64,000 bases of DNA from Octopus sinensis (GCF_006345805.1 NC_042997.1:133796001-133860000); one strand, 5' to 3'; shown: positions 1-12,694, counted from the first letter of the stretch. Translations and numbers: made by a program. Notes: generated by a model not told the origin, from the letters alone.

Positions 1-665
1 TAAACTGAAGAGATTTGGTTAGTCAAGGCCAGAATACCTTTGATCATAGCTCTCTGCCTGAAGCTAAACAACAACTTATTTTAGTCTTGGTGAACTGGTG
101 CATTGAAAATGAACATGAATTCTTAGTGCAGTGCCAATAATGGAGTAGAATCTATAGGAACTACCTTTTTTTTTCTGCTTGTGGGTCTGCTTGTCATTGA
201 TTTAATCAGTTGTAACTTTTGATCACGGCATGAATAATAATTGGCAAAGATAAAATTTATATGTTGAATCAAGAATCAATTAAAATTTATATTATGCAAA
301 TTTTTCATATGAAACCCATTAATAGCTGTGCCTGATGTATAATAAATATGACAGCTGATGAGGTTAATGTTCTGTAATTGTGTCAACATGGTGATAAAAC
401 TCAAACATGGTGCTTGTGAAACCACGTGACTGATTGCTTTTGATTCTATGAATTAGTGCTCAACAAATAACCCTTTGACTATCTTGGCATATATGCACAC
501 ACCAAGGTTGATTGAACGGAAAAACAAATTATCTGTAGAATCAAATGTACCAAAGAGTAAATGAATAAAATTTGTATCCATATATTAGTGTGTATTAACA
601 CTTTTGTGACTAAATATTGAAGGAATAAACTTGCTTCTGGTCCTCTGTATGTATAGTCCAATAAA

Positions 666-950
666 TCATCATCACTTAACGTCTGTTTTCCATGCTAGCA
701 TAGGTTGGATGGTTCGACCGGGGCCTGGGAAGCCAGGAGGCTGCGCCAGGCTCCAGTCTGATCTGGCAGTCTTTCTACCGCTGGATGCCCTTCCTAACGC
801 CAACCACTCCGTGAGTGTAGTGGGTGCACAGGGGCCAGAGGAGGCTGGCAAACGACCACGATCTGTTGGTGCTTTTTATGGGTCACCTACACGGACGCCA
901 GTCAGGCGGCGCTAGCATCAGCCATGTTCGGATGGTGCTTTTTACGTGCC
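666..950 (-). mobile_element. Non-autonomous retroelement/SINE with RTE-like 3' tail and (GAT)n end (family B)
   Basis: catcatcacttaacgtctgttttccatgctagcat...gctggatgcccttcctaacgccaaccact. Related copies at about 1035-1245, 5235-5606, 6925-7312, 8072-8385, 17866-18010, 21520-21865, 27407-27770, 31888-32030, 51232-51400 and 52646-52890. Confidence 0.75.
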
Positions 951-1379
951 ACAGGAACAGATAGATTTGTAGTATAATGTAATCTAGCCGCTAAATGACA
1001 GCAGGATTTCTGTAATTTTTGTGTATTGATACTGATGCTGGTGCCACATAAAAAAAGAAAACACTGGTGCTAGTTCCACATGAAAAGCACTGGTGTGGTG
1101 CCAAGTAAAAATCACTCAGTACACTCTGTAAAATGATTGGCGTTAGAAAAGACACCCAGCTGTAGAAACCATGCCAAAGCAGGCATTGGAGTATGTTGCA
1201 ATCCTTGAATCTATTGGTTCCTTGTCAAAATGTTCAACCCATTCCATACATACATGTATGTATATATGTATGTATGTATGTAATAAAATTCAAGTTGACT
1301 GAGACTTCAGTTTTTGAGTTATCTCAACTAAGAATAATCTATTGCATTCTTAAAGTAGTTTTGTGATAACATTAATTTA

Positions 1380-1750
1380 ACATGGTTCCGGGTTTAGTCC
1401 CACTGCATGGCACCTTGGGCAAGTGTCTTCTACTATAGCCTTGGGCCAACCAAAGCCTTGTGAGTGGATTTGGTAGATGGAAACTGAAAGAAGCCCGTCG
1501 TATATATGTATGTATGTGTGTGTGTATATATGTTTGTGTGTCTGTGTTTGTCTCTCCAACATCGCTTGACAACTGATGCTGGTGTATTTACGTCCCCATA
1601 ACTTAGCGGTTCGGCAAAAAAGACTGATAGAATAGGTACTAGGCTTACAAAGAATAAATCCTGGGGTCGATTTGCTCGACTAAAGGCGGTGCTCCAGCAT
1701 GGCCACAGTCAAATGACTGAAACAAGTAAAAGAGAGTAAGAGTCAAGAGA
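1380..1750 (+). mobile_element. tRNA-derived SINE family A, 5'-truncated copy
   Basis: Contains ggttccgggtttagtcccactg (B-box-like), a CORE-like caccttgggcaagtgtctt, an internal (TA/TG)n tract and the tail ggtgctccagcatggccacagtcaaatgactgaaacaagtaaaagag. More than 15 copies in the window. Confidence 0.9.
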
Positions 1751-2074
1751 GTAACATGCACACACACACACACACACTATAAATAATCTTTGAAAAGGTG
1801 TCAATGTTCCCATATTCTTCATTTTAACTCTTTATAAAATCTGCATTTTTTTTTGTTGTCATTGCAACTTTTCTGTAAATTTTATTTATTTTTTTTTTTT
1901 TTTATTGCAGTTACTCAATTTATTTGTTGAAATTTGGACTTAAATACCTACCTATCTACTGAACTTTCCAGGCAACCACTCGAAACCGTGGTTCCACTAG
2001 AGTCAACATTGTAAAGAAAGAAACAAATAAGAACAAAAATCAAAAACAAAAAATATACCTTCAAAGAACCACCA

Positions 2075-2181
2075 ATGAACTATGTGGCCCATTATAGGCC
2101 ACCCAACTTTAACGAGTTTGTTAACGGTGTGCTTATTAAACCCTACCTTGGTCTCTTTACTGGCGTTTGCTTCGGTATTCG
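2075..2181 (+). CDS. Candidate first coding exon (exon 1911-2181): MNYVAHYRPPNFNEFVNGVLIKPYLGLFTGVCFGI(R), product unknown
   Basis: Unique sequence with a strong acceptor (T-tract...ttgcag ending 1910), ATG at 2075, an open frame and a canonical donor G|GTAAGT at 2182 (phase 2). No recognisable homology. Confidence 0.45.
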
Positions 2182-2239
2182 GTAAGTAATCTCTTTAATT
2201 TTTTTGTGATACATATCTTTTACATTGCTGTAATATATA

Positions 2240-2630
2240 CTAGCAGTATCGCCCGGCATTGCTTGGGTTTGTTTCAACCCTTTAGAATTGGAACTTTTGA
2301 AAAGTAAAAATTTTGCATTATGTAGCTTGTTATTCTCTTTAGGTGAACATTTTTCTGGTTGAAATACACTGAAAAATGGCGACACAGCAGTAAAAAAATT
2401 GTAAAAAAATAGGGATTTTCATAGAAAAAAAGCACCTTTTTGATGTAAATAATTTTTGGTGTTAACATGGTCCGATTTGAATTTTTTATTCTATGGAAGG
2501 AAGAGCAAGCCTTCTTCTATCATGCCTTCAATTTTGGTCAACTTGCGCCGCAGGGTCTCGGAGGAGATAGTGTTAGTTGAAGGCTACCAAACCTGCCATA
2601 CATAGACAACTTCAGCTTTATATATATATA
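2240..2630 (-). mobile_element. Non-autonomous Helitron-like element
   Basis: Minus strand ends with a GC-rich hairpin (cccaagcaatgccggg) about 10 nt before CTAG|T, as in Helitron 3' ends. No TSD seen. The other end lies in a TA tract. Confidence 0.55.
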
Positions 2631-3681
2631 TAGTAGAAGACACTTGCCCAAGGTGCCACACAGTGGGACTGAACCCAGAACCATGTGGTTGGTAAGCAAG
2701 CTATTTACCACACAGCCACTCTTACGCCTATGTTAAATTTGCTTGTCATAAATATTGTTCTCATAGTTTCAATTTTTATTTTTATTTTTAATGAATACTT
2801 TCAACCTAAAGTACCTTGTTTTTGTATTAATTGCTTTGTTTATTGTAGAACACATATGCATTTCTATTGAGAAGTACTTTGTTTTTAGATTAATTGACTT
2901 GGGGAAATGTGAAGCACATGTGTGTCTATTATCTACACAGGCATGCATATATAATAGCTCTTAATTAATTCTTTTATCCAATGCTTTCAATGAAAAATCC
3001 CCCGCTTTTAGATTAATTGAGATGCATCTTACAATGTACATGTGTATCTTAATTATCAATACACACACCCGTGCATATAAATTCATTTTAAGTAGCAAAA
3101 TCCAGTTTGTTACAAACAAACAGCATAGAAACCTAAAAATAATTGTAATCTCTTACTTGGGTACATAGTCACAATTTGTCATGATGGTGGTGATGGTGGG
3201 ATCGTAGGAGGGGCAGTGGCTGATGAAACCAGTAGAGCATCCCACAGAAATATGTTGCGATATCTAATTATGTGGCTAGTGTTTTAATTTTAAATTTCAT
3301 CGAGAACTGACTCTGCCTTCCTTCTTGTAAGGATTTGAGGAAACACGGGATTAATTCTGTACTGAGGTTCATGCAGTCATCTATATTATTCCACTACCCC
3401 ACCATTCCCCAAGTTGTGGCATTGTCCCAGTCTTAGAAGGGCTTTCAGTAGATGAGATTATAGAGAGAAGGATTTAAAGCCATTCATGTGTTTCTTTCTT
3501 CCTTATTATTTTTTCTGGTACATCCTTTAACATTCTGTGCTCAAATCTTGCTGAGCTTGACTGTGCTTTTTCTCTTTCTTTCTGTATGAATCTTTAGTAA
3601 CTGAAAGAAGCCTGTCTATGTATGTATGTATATATGTATCTCTCTCTCTCTCTCTCACTCCCTCTCTTTGTGTGTGTGTGT

Positions 3682-3738
<57 letters not shown>

Positions 3739-3840
3739 CAAGTTCAGCAAAAATTTAGATTCAAATGAATATGGTACTTAATTTAGATGCACCAGAATTT
3801 TGTATGGTGTTATCCATGAAAATCTGTGGGGTGATTATAA

Positions 3841-3918
3841 TCAAAATAAGCAACAAGAATGACTCCGGTAATTTGGTACGTACCAAATTACCGGAGTCAT
3901 TCTTGTTGCTTATTTTGA
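3841..3918. repeat. Perfect 78-bp palindrome with no spacer
   Basis: tcaaaataagcaacaagaatgactccggtaatttggtac|gtaccaaattaccggagtcattcttgttgcttattttga; 39-bp arms, centre at 3879/3880. Confidence 0.97.
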
Positions 3919-3939
3919 GTATATATATATATATATATA

Positions 3940-4606
3940 TGAAAGAAGTTTGAAAACACCTCTATATATGTTAAATTTTAATTTTCTTAGAGATTTTACT
4001 TGTTTCGGTTCTTCTTGAAAAAACGAACCTTATCAAAAATATTTTTAAAAGTTAAGTGTAATAAAAAAGTTCATAATTGTTTCTTACTAGTCTCAACAGA
4101 GTCCACGTGGTGGTGTTTTGTGGGAGGCGGGGACATAATGGCTATCTTGTGTGTTGACTAGATTCGTTGGCTGAAATTGTGGAAATATATATATATATTG
4201 ATAGAAATGGTAAGACAACAAAAGAATGAAAGAGACCTCGATATTATGTAAATAGAGGAATTTATCTGTAAATGTAATATGTGACAATTATTCAGTAGCC
4301 ATGATAAAAGTCTTGAGTTTCGGATACTGGGGTGGAAATCCATCTCTTCACTTATTTGGCCATCGGACAAAATGCTATGAAAATGACCGTTAAACAAAGG
4401 GAAATTACTGTGTGAGTGACCGTTATTAAGACAAAAGAGCTATTTGAATGACCGCTAAGTGATGGGAGGGAGTAAAAGTAAGGGGGTAAAAATGTACATA
4501 GTATTTGCGTTAGCACGCATGTCCATACCTACACGTGTGCCCACACACCCACATACATGCGTCTATAAGTATACACTCATCCACCCTCACTTGAGGGTGG
4601 ATGACT
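3940..4606 (-). mobile_element. Penelope-like pseudo-LTR remnants with degenerate hammerhead motifs
   Basis: Non-coding inserts bounded by (TA)n. Minus-strand motifs TTGATAA-GGTTC..GAACC-GAAAC-AA-GTA (3993-4040) and GTGAAGA-GATG..TATCC-GAAAC-TCAA-GAC (4304-4355). Confidence 0.5.
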
Positions 4607-4617
4607 TATATATATAT

Positions 4618-5060
4618 GGGTAAGTAGGTTGCTTCCCAACCACATGGTTTCGGGTTCAGTCCCACTGCAGGGCACCTTGTGCTAGTGTCTTCTACTATAG
4701 TCTGACAAAAAGCCTTGTGAGTGGATTTGGTAGACGGAAACTGAAAGAAGCCTGTCGTATATATGATTGATTGATTGATTGATTCCAGTTTCAGCTTATG
4801 AGCTGTGGCCATGCTGGGGCACCTATATATATATATATATATATATATTGTATGTATGTTTTTGTGTGTCTATATTTGTCTCCTCCAACATTGCTTGACA
4901 ACTGATGTTGATGTGTTTACATCCCTGTAACTTACCAATTTGGCAAAAGAGATCGATAGAATAGGTACAGGGCTTACAAAAAATAAGTCCTGGGGTTGAT
5001 TTGTTCGGCTAAAAGGCGGTGCTCTAGCAGGGCCACTGACAAATAACTGAAATAAATAAA
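4618..5060 (+). mobile_element. SINE family A with an inverted LINE 3'-tail fragment inserted at about 4765-4824
   Basis: Family A head and tail are present. The internal (gatt)n-ccagtttcagcttatgagctgtggccatgctggggcacc is the reverse complement of the LINE end at 45120-45185. Confidence 0.8.
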
Positions 5061-5336
5061 AGAATATATATGTATGTATATGTAAAGTGGTTGGCTTTAG
5101 GAATGGCATCCAGCTGTAGAAACAATACAGAGTTTATTGTAGTCTTGTCAGCTCTCATCAACCTGTCCAGCCCATGCCAGTATTGAAGATGGATGTTGTA
5201 TGTATGTATGTAATAAAATATAGTATATAATGTATTGGCATTAGGAAGGGCATCCAGCTGTAGAAACTCTGCCAGATCAAGATTGAAGCCTGGTGCAGCA
5301 ATCTGGTTCGCCAGCCCTCAGTCAAATTGTCTAACT

Positions 5337-5556
5337 CAGTGGTTTTCAACCAAGGTTCCGCGGAACCTTAGGGTTCCGCCAGTACAGTCCAGGGGTTCTG
5401 CAAGAAGTTACAAAACTGCTAAAATCAGCAGTAATTTTTAATCCTCCTGTGCAGATATGTGTGCATAAAACTATTAAATTATTGCACAGGGGTTCCTCGA
5501 GCCATTGGAATGTTTCCTTGGGGTTCCACTCCAGCAAAAAAGTTTGAAAAGCACTG
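5337..5556. mobile_element. hAT (Charlie-like) MITE, 220 bp
   Basis: TIRs CAGTGGTTTTCAA / TTGAAAAGCACTG with an exact 8-bp TSD GTCTAACT (5329-5336 and 5557-5564). Nested in a family B copy. Confidence 0.9.
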
Positions 5557-6449
5557 GTCTAACTCATGCTAGCATGGAAAGCCGACGTTAAACGATGATG
5601 ATGATGATATGTATTTGTGTGTCTGCATATAAATTTGTGCGTATGACTATGTGTGTGTGCGCGCGGGCTTATAGTTCTACATGTTGTTCTACATGTTGAT
5701 GCTCTTTCAGAGCCAGCAGGAGCTTTCTTTTTTTTAATAACGATGGTAACGATGATGATGATGGTGGTGGTGGTAGTAGTAGTAGTAGTAGCAGCAATAG
5801 TATAAGTTATAATAATAGCTGGATGCGCCTTGATACTTTCAACCATTTCGACTACACATTGTGGGTCGGTCGGTCGGTCTCGACTGTAATTATGATTCAC
5901 GAAACAGATTGTCTCTTTTCTCGTTTTTTTTTTTTAATTCACTTCTATTGAATTAACCTCATTGTATACAGAAATACAACAAAACACTGTTTATTTACAT
6001 TCTCACCAAGTTTGTTTTCGTCATCTTTATGCTAACCAACATACGTTACAAAAACTGGCGAGAGGGGATATCTAATTATCGCTGTTTGTATTGAATTTAA
6101 GCGACTCTTCTGTAAATAAATACTCACAAGAATATCATCTTACATATTAGGTTTTTTTTTTCCTTCTTATTTCTTTTATATATATAATTTATTTGCCTCT
6201 ATCTATATCGCTCGCTGGCCTAATTACATAATGTTGTTTATTGTGTAATCGTATTTACGTGGTTTTTTTTTCCCCTCTGCTTTTCTCTTATTTTGGACCG
6301 GAGGTCATGGCCTTGTTATAAAGCAAGGTTATATAGTTTAAGCATAGAAATAGATTTATTTGCATGAAATACATGTGTGTATATGTACATATGTATTTAT
6401 GTTTATGTGTAGCATACATATATATATATACGTGTGTGTATATGAATAT

Positions 6450-6860
6450 ACTCTTTACTCTCTTTTACTTGTTTCAGTCATTTGACTGCGGTGGTCACGC
6501 TGGAGCGCCGCCTTTTAGTCGAGCAAATCGACCCTAGGACTTATTCTTCGTAAGCCTAGTACTTATTTCATCGGTCTCTTTTGCCGAACCGCTAAGTTAC
6601 GGGGGCGTAAACACACCAGCATCGGTCGTCAAGCGATGTTGGGGGGACAAACACAGACACACACACACACACACACACACACACATCCATATATACGACG
6701 GGCTTCTTTCCGTTTCCGTCTACCAAATCCACTCACAAGGCTTTGGTCGGCCCGAGGCTATAGTAGAAGACACGTGCCGAATGCCACGCAGTGGGACTGA
6801 ACCCGGAGCCATGTGGATGGTAAGCAAGCTACTTACCACACAGCCACTCCTACGCCTATA
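6450..6860 (-). mobile_element. SINE family A, full length
   Basis: Complete reverse-complement match from the head (taggcgtaggagtggctgtgtggtaag) to the (AAGAGT)n tail. Confidence 0.92.
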
Positions 6861-7488
6861 AGTATTTGTGAAATGTATTCTTTTTTTCATTTTTATTATA
6901 TTTTTATACATAGTAAAAGAAAACTTGTCAAGCCAAGTGAGATCGTAGTCTTGGCTGATGCCATTGTTGTGCAAATGGCTCCCGTGTCACCCTGCCCCCT
7001 TCGAACGTTGAGCCTCACAGAAGCAGAGACAAGTGACGGACACCTTTAGTGATATACTGTACCTATTAAGCCAAGTGAGATCCTAGTCGTTGCCGATGCC
7101 GGGGTTTACATAACTGGCACCCGTGTGTTGGTGGCACATAAAAAGTAACCGCTACACTCTTGGAGAGGTTGGTGACAGGAAGGGCATCTGGTAGTGGAAA
7201 TCAGGCCAAATCATATTGGAACCTGGTGCAGCTCTACAGCTTACCAGTTTTCAGTCAAACTTTCCAGCCCATGCCAGCATAGAAAACGGAAGTTAAACGA
7301 TGATGATGATGATATTTCAGATTATTATTTTATATTTAGTGTATATCATTATTTTATAACACTGATATAATACCAACACACTAATTCCTGGTACAATGCT
7401 TCGAGAAATATCTAGCAGCAATGGTGGCAGGACAAGAACAAAACGTGTAGGCTTGCAAGAACACCAGATCAATTTTCTCTTACATTAA

Positions 7489-7691
7489 CCCTTTCGTTAC
7501 CATATTTATTATAAGCTGTGTTTCTTTCAATTAATTTTAAATATAACAAAGAATTTAGTTATCATTCATCTAGTGTTCAGAACATAAACTGTGACAAGTT
7601 TTGGTGAAAGATTTTAATTTAAACCTTATAAAAACAAGATATTTGTACTACAGAGCTAGAGGCGGTTTCAGCCAGGTTGGTATCGAAAGGG
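7489..7691. mobile_element. piggyBac-type MITE
   Basis: TTAA|CCCTTTCGTTAC ... GTATCGAAAGGG|TTAA. Same family at 19942-20157 and 41052-41259. Confidence 0.88.
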
Positions 7692-8389
7692 TTAATGAAG
7701 TGAATGGTTTAAATCCTCTTCAATAGTGCCTGTAAGAACTGAAGATGGTTAATCACTCTTGACTGATATTGTTTCCATCCACAATTGTTGGGTAGAACAT
7801 TCCTCACCTTCTTAACAGGTTCTCTGATGTCAAAATAAATATTATAGATATTTGTAAAATATACAATAGGAAGTGTCTTCGATTTAACAAGGTTGAAATT
7901 TAAGAGAAAAATGATCCACCTAACTAATGAAATACCTATGTATACCGATGACTATGACCTTGTCAGTCATGCATTGTCAGTCATGCAGAGCATGGATTGC
8001 AGTCCTTGATTTCTGCATTTGATTTGTCATATGATATCTTTAGTTTGACAACTGTCATGTGTGTGTGTATGTATCATTAGCATCAACATTTAATGTCCAT
8101 TTTCCGTGCTGGCATGGGTTGGATGGTTTGACTGAGGTCAGGAAAGCCAGCGGCTGCACCAGGCTCCAATCTGATTTGGCAATGTTTTTACAGCTGGATG
8201 CCCTTCCTAATGCCAACCACTCTGAGAGTGTAGTGGGAGCTTTTTATGTGCCACTGGTACAGGAGCCAGCCAGGGGGGGGCCTGGCATCGACCACATTCG
8301 GATGATGCTTTTTACGTACCACCAGCACAGGAGCTGGTCAGGTGGACCTGGCATCGATCACATTTGGATGGTGCGTTTTACATGCCATT

Positions 8390-8740
8390 TTATTCTTTTA
8401 CTTGTTTCAGTCATTTAACTGTGGCCATGCTGCAGCACCTTCTTTAGTTGAGCAAATCAACCCCAGGACTTATTCTTTGTAAGCCTAGTACTTATTCTAT
8501 CAGTTTCTTTTGCTGAACTGCTAAGTTACGGAGATGTAAACACACCAGCATCAGTTGTCAAGTGATGTTGAGGGGTTAAACAGAGACACGCAAACACATA
8601 TATACACACACAACGGATTCCTTTCAGCTTCTGTCTACCAAATCCACTTACAAGGCTTTGGTTAGCCAGAGACTATAATAGAAAACACTTGTCCATGTGG
8701 TTGGTAAGCAAGCTACTTACCACACAGCCACTCCTATGCC
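8390..8740 (-). mobile_element. SINE family A with an internal deletion
   Basis: Tail, body and head match the other copies. Confidence 0.88.
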
Positions 8741-9314
8741 TATAAATATATGTTTATGCATATACATATATACAAGTATATGTTTGACACCTGGATGGAA
8801 TATTATTGGTTTCTAGTATAATAAAAGTATAAGAAGGGCTGCCTATCATGTGTATAGGGCAACATTTGATTATAAGTCTTGTTTGATCAGGGTGTTGTTG
8901 TGACTAAACAAATTGTTCCATTGAAGTGAGCTGGTGATGGAAGGTGTACACATTTTGATTGAGCTGCTTGAAATAGCAGTTAAATCTCGCTGATATCATA
9001 CATAACAATATCGTTGTAGCTAAGGGTAGGATAATTTGGATAATGTTGTTCTCCTTGAATAATTCTTGGAAGAAAAAATTTTTTTAAATAAATAAAAACA
9101 GAAAAATATACAGACAGGATAGTCATGCCTGGAAGGACTTAGCATGCATGTGTGTGTATGAGTGTATATATGCATATATATCAATCTATCTGTGTGTGTG
9201 TGTGTTTATTCACTCATTTTTCCCTTGTTTGTTTACATATTTCATGATATTTGCACCATTGGTGACATCCTGTACCCATATATGCATGTATATATATATA
9301 TATATATATACATA

Positions 9315-9900
9315 CAGACATGCAGGAAGTAAGTAAACAGACAAATAAAAGATTTTTTCAAAATCTTTTATTTGATATTAATTGGTTGAAGGAGAGGTTT
9401 TCTTCTAGCTGCTCATCCATAATACCCAAGCTTATGCAGATATGTAACACATGTTCTTGGACTAACTTCTAGTTGTTTTTCAATGTCAGAAGCCTTCGAA
9501 TGGAGTTCGTTTTCCACAATTCTCTTCAAACAGCGAAGCTTCCTTTCCAAGGGCCCAGGTCAGCCAGGATGAGAATCTGTTGATTCTTTTCCTTGGCTTT
9601 TGAATTGCACTATAATTCTATTAACAGTAGCAAGAGGAATTTGAAGATTTTCAGCAATGTTTCACTGGCTAAGACCAGCATCAGATTGCCCAACAATACA
9701 ACCTACTTGAAAATCTGACAGTTATGCTGAATTTTTTTGTGTACGACATGGTTACTCTTCGCAGATGCTTAATATAATGGCACCTAGAATGCCTGAAATG
9801 GAAAAGAATAATTACATTGTAAATTCTACACCGCTGAAAACATATTAAGACGCTTAGCTCAGAAATTTTTAAAATTAAAGGTGTCTATTTCCTGCATGTT

Positions 9901-9902
<2 letters not shown>
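9315..9902 (-). mobile_element. Internally deleted Tc1-like DNA transposon with a transposase N-terminus pseudogene
   Basis: TIRs CAGACATGCAGGAA / TTCCTGCATGTTTG in a TA context. Minus frame at about 9365-9720 reads [36 protein letters not shown]...HPG*PG...LHKLGYYG*AARRKPLL, matching the Tc1 paired-like DNA-binding region, GRPR-like linker and RKPLL motif. Several TGA stops are consistent with CpG decay. Confidence 0.85.
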
Positions 9903-9950
<48 letters not shown>

Positions 9951-10554
9951 AGAAATTGTGTACAAATAGATGTATGATTGCTACCGTGTGGTAAGAAGCT
10001 TGCTTCCCAACCACATGGTTCCGAGTTCGCTCCCACTGCATGGCACCTCTTACTATAGCATTGCAGTTATCAAAACCTTGCAAGTGGATTTGGTAGACAG
10101 AAACTGAAGGAAGCCTGTTGTGTGTGTGTGTATATATATATACACACACACGCACACACACACACACAAGGGGGTCCAGACTTCTACTAAGATTTGTCGC
10201 TGATCGGAAGAGGTGACTGTCTGGAAGGGATGTTCTTGTCGCTCCTTTCTGCCAACGGGTAGCCCCACGCAACCCCGTTCATGATTGACTCTACACGGCC
10301 AGCGTGTCCTCGACTTTCTGTCATCGACCCGCCCTCCATAAAGTGAGCGCCTTCACGTTTCGGCAGCTTCGCTTGCCTGCCAGCCACCACCGCTGTTCCG
10401 TTCATTCCTCCTCTCGCCATTGAATGTTCAGTTTCTTCCTCACCTGCACTTACACGTCCTTGTCGTGCAAGCCTTCTTTGCTCACGGGTTTTTCTTTTTT
10501 TTTTCTATCTATTGTTGTGTATATATATATATATATACACACACCTTTTATCTT

Positions 10555-10895
10555 TTGTCTTTTACTGGTTTCAGCCCAGAGCTGAGGCCATGCTGGTGCA
10601 GCACCTGTAGTTACTCAGTTGTTTCCAGTATTGTTTTTGGTGAACTGGCTTCTCCTTCCATGATGTGGGTTCATCTGGTATCTCGGACAGAATTCTGTCC
10701 AGATGTTCCTTGAAAACTTCCACATCAACACCATGTAGATCTCTAAAGCTGCCTGCCAGAATGTTGAACAATTGCAGGCTTTTGAAACCCAGACTATTGC
10801 AGTGGTGTCCTTATTTTGATGTGGAAGATGGAATTTTTGGTATGATGCAGTGCCGTCCAGTTCTAGGATCGGTATAGAACTGTCAATTCCAAAAT
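10555..10895 (-). mobile_element. 3' end of a CR1/L2-like LINE (same family as 44130-45185)
   Basis: Translates FNILAGSFRDLHGVDVEVFKEHLDRILSEIPDEPTS, matching the copy at 44.9 kb. Shares the 3' UTR ggtgc..cagcatggcc..gctgaaac. Confidence 0.85.
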
Positions 10896-11089
10896 TGGGA
10901 GCTAAAATATATGTATAGGTACCTAAGGTAAATCCTTGTGTATGGATGTATGTATGTAGACACACACACACACAGGTGTGTATGCACACACATAGGTATA
11001 TATACATACATACACATTCTCTGTAGGTTATTAGCTGAGTCAGGAGTGACAAGAACTTCAGTTTACCTCACATCTGCATAATATATATA

Positions 11090-11126
<37 letters not shown>

Positions 11127-11781
11127 GTCTGTGTTTGTATGTATGTACATATATAGTATATATATATAATGAGCACATTACAAATGTTGATTGAAACGTA
11201 CATTATGTGGAGAGAGACTTGTGTACATAATAAAATACAGCTTCTCAAGTAGGATCTTCTGAAGAATAGAATAGACATATTTTCTTTTTGCGTATTTGTA
11301 TACAATATATTCTTGAATACAGCAAACAAAAACACATGAATAATAAAGACATATGAAAAATCCATTATAAAGAATAGTTTCTGTACACGTAATTGCAGTG
11401 TAATGTTATATTTATGTGTGTGAACGTCTTTCCGAATAGTCAGTTTTGCTAATAACTAAAATAAGCATTGTACACCGCATGTACAAGCATATATACACAC
11501 ATGCAAGTGTGAGAGTGTATATGTGTGTGTCTGTGGAGGCATGTGGCTTTGTAGTTAGGTTGCTGCACTCGTGATTGTGAGATTGTGGTTTTGATTCCTG
11601 GACCGGGTGAAGTTTTTACAGTCTGCTCAGCTGCCAAAAATGAGTTATCCTGTGATAGACTGGTGGCCCATCCAGTGGGGGTAATTTTTATGCCACAGAA
11701 TCTAAGAAACTGGCCATATGAACCTATGGCTTGAGAAGGAACTTTGATCCCTTTTTGTCTTTATGGGTATATCTACTAATA

Positions 11782-12694
11782 TTGGGTCATCTCATAAATG
11801 ATGCAGTTTCTTTCAATTGCCTGAATTAAAAGTCTGGCAGGTGAAAGAATAAAGTACCTGCATCAGTTTGCTATAAAAGCAGGTAGTAATTTTACCTTGT
11901 ACTTATTCTTAGTGCAAGTTTTGAAGGGTGAAATTTGATTTTAAGTTATTCTTTTTCAAAGCCATAATGGAAGTTACAAAGGAGCATATTTGGCATATTT
12001 TGTTTTATGAGTTCAATAAAGGCAACAATGCAACAGAAAGTGCAAGAAATATTAATGCAGTATATGGGAATCAGACAATAAGCATAAGCCAGTGACAATG
12101 GTGGTTCCAGAAATTCTGAGCTGGAAACTACAACCTAGAAGACGAGCCTCGTCCTGGAAAATCTGTAGAGCTTGACGAGGACATCCTGCAAACACTGGTG
12201 GAACTAAATCCCATCATATCTCTTGAGGAACTAGCAGAGAAACTTCAATTTTGTCATTCAAGTCTGCTCCAGAAGAAAAATGACCATGTTTGGTTTCAAG
12301 ATGAAAGGTGTTCTTCCATCAGGATAATACTTGGTCACATACAGTGAGGATGACATTCCAAAGGCTGGGGCAGTTTGAATGGAAAACGATGCCCCACCCA
12401 CCATATTCGCCAGACATTGCCCCATCTGATTATCATTTATTCCACAATCTTCAAAATCTTTTCGATGGAAAAAATATGAATTCTTTAGATGAGGTCAGAA
12501 CAGTACTGGAGGAGTATTTTTCATCACAGACAAATGATTTTTGGAAGAGGGGACTTGCAAGTCTACCAGATAGATGGAAGAACATTGTAGAAAATGAAGA
12601 AGCGTATATTTTAGTTTTAGAAAGAATTCTGTTTATCTTAATTTTGAAAAATAAAAGAAGTATAAAAAAATGCCTTATTTATGGGATGACCCAA
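11782..12694 (+). mobile_element. mariner transposon, internally deleted, with transposase pseudogene
   Basis: TA|TTGGGTCATCTCATAAAT ... ATTTATGGGATGACCCAA|TA. ATG 11967 gives MEVTKEHIWHILFYEFNKG...WFQKF*AGNYNLEDEPRPG. C-terminal HQDN...HPPYSPDIAPSDY has D34D spacing. In-frame stops; first catalytic D region is missing. Confidence 0.95.

Noticed and set aside
352-435. CTGATGA...GAAACCACGTG hammerhead-like match on +
   Set aside because: No convincing helix II, the triplet is GUG rather than NUH, and helix I is out of register.
1372-1572. Recurrent ORFs containing AIVEDTCPRCHAVGLNPEPC / GYSRRHLPKVP (a putative gene family)
   Set aside because: Antisense translations of SINE family A, present at every copy.
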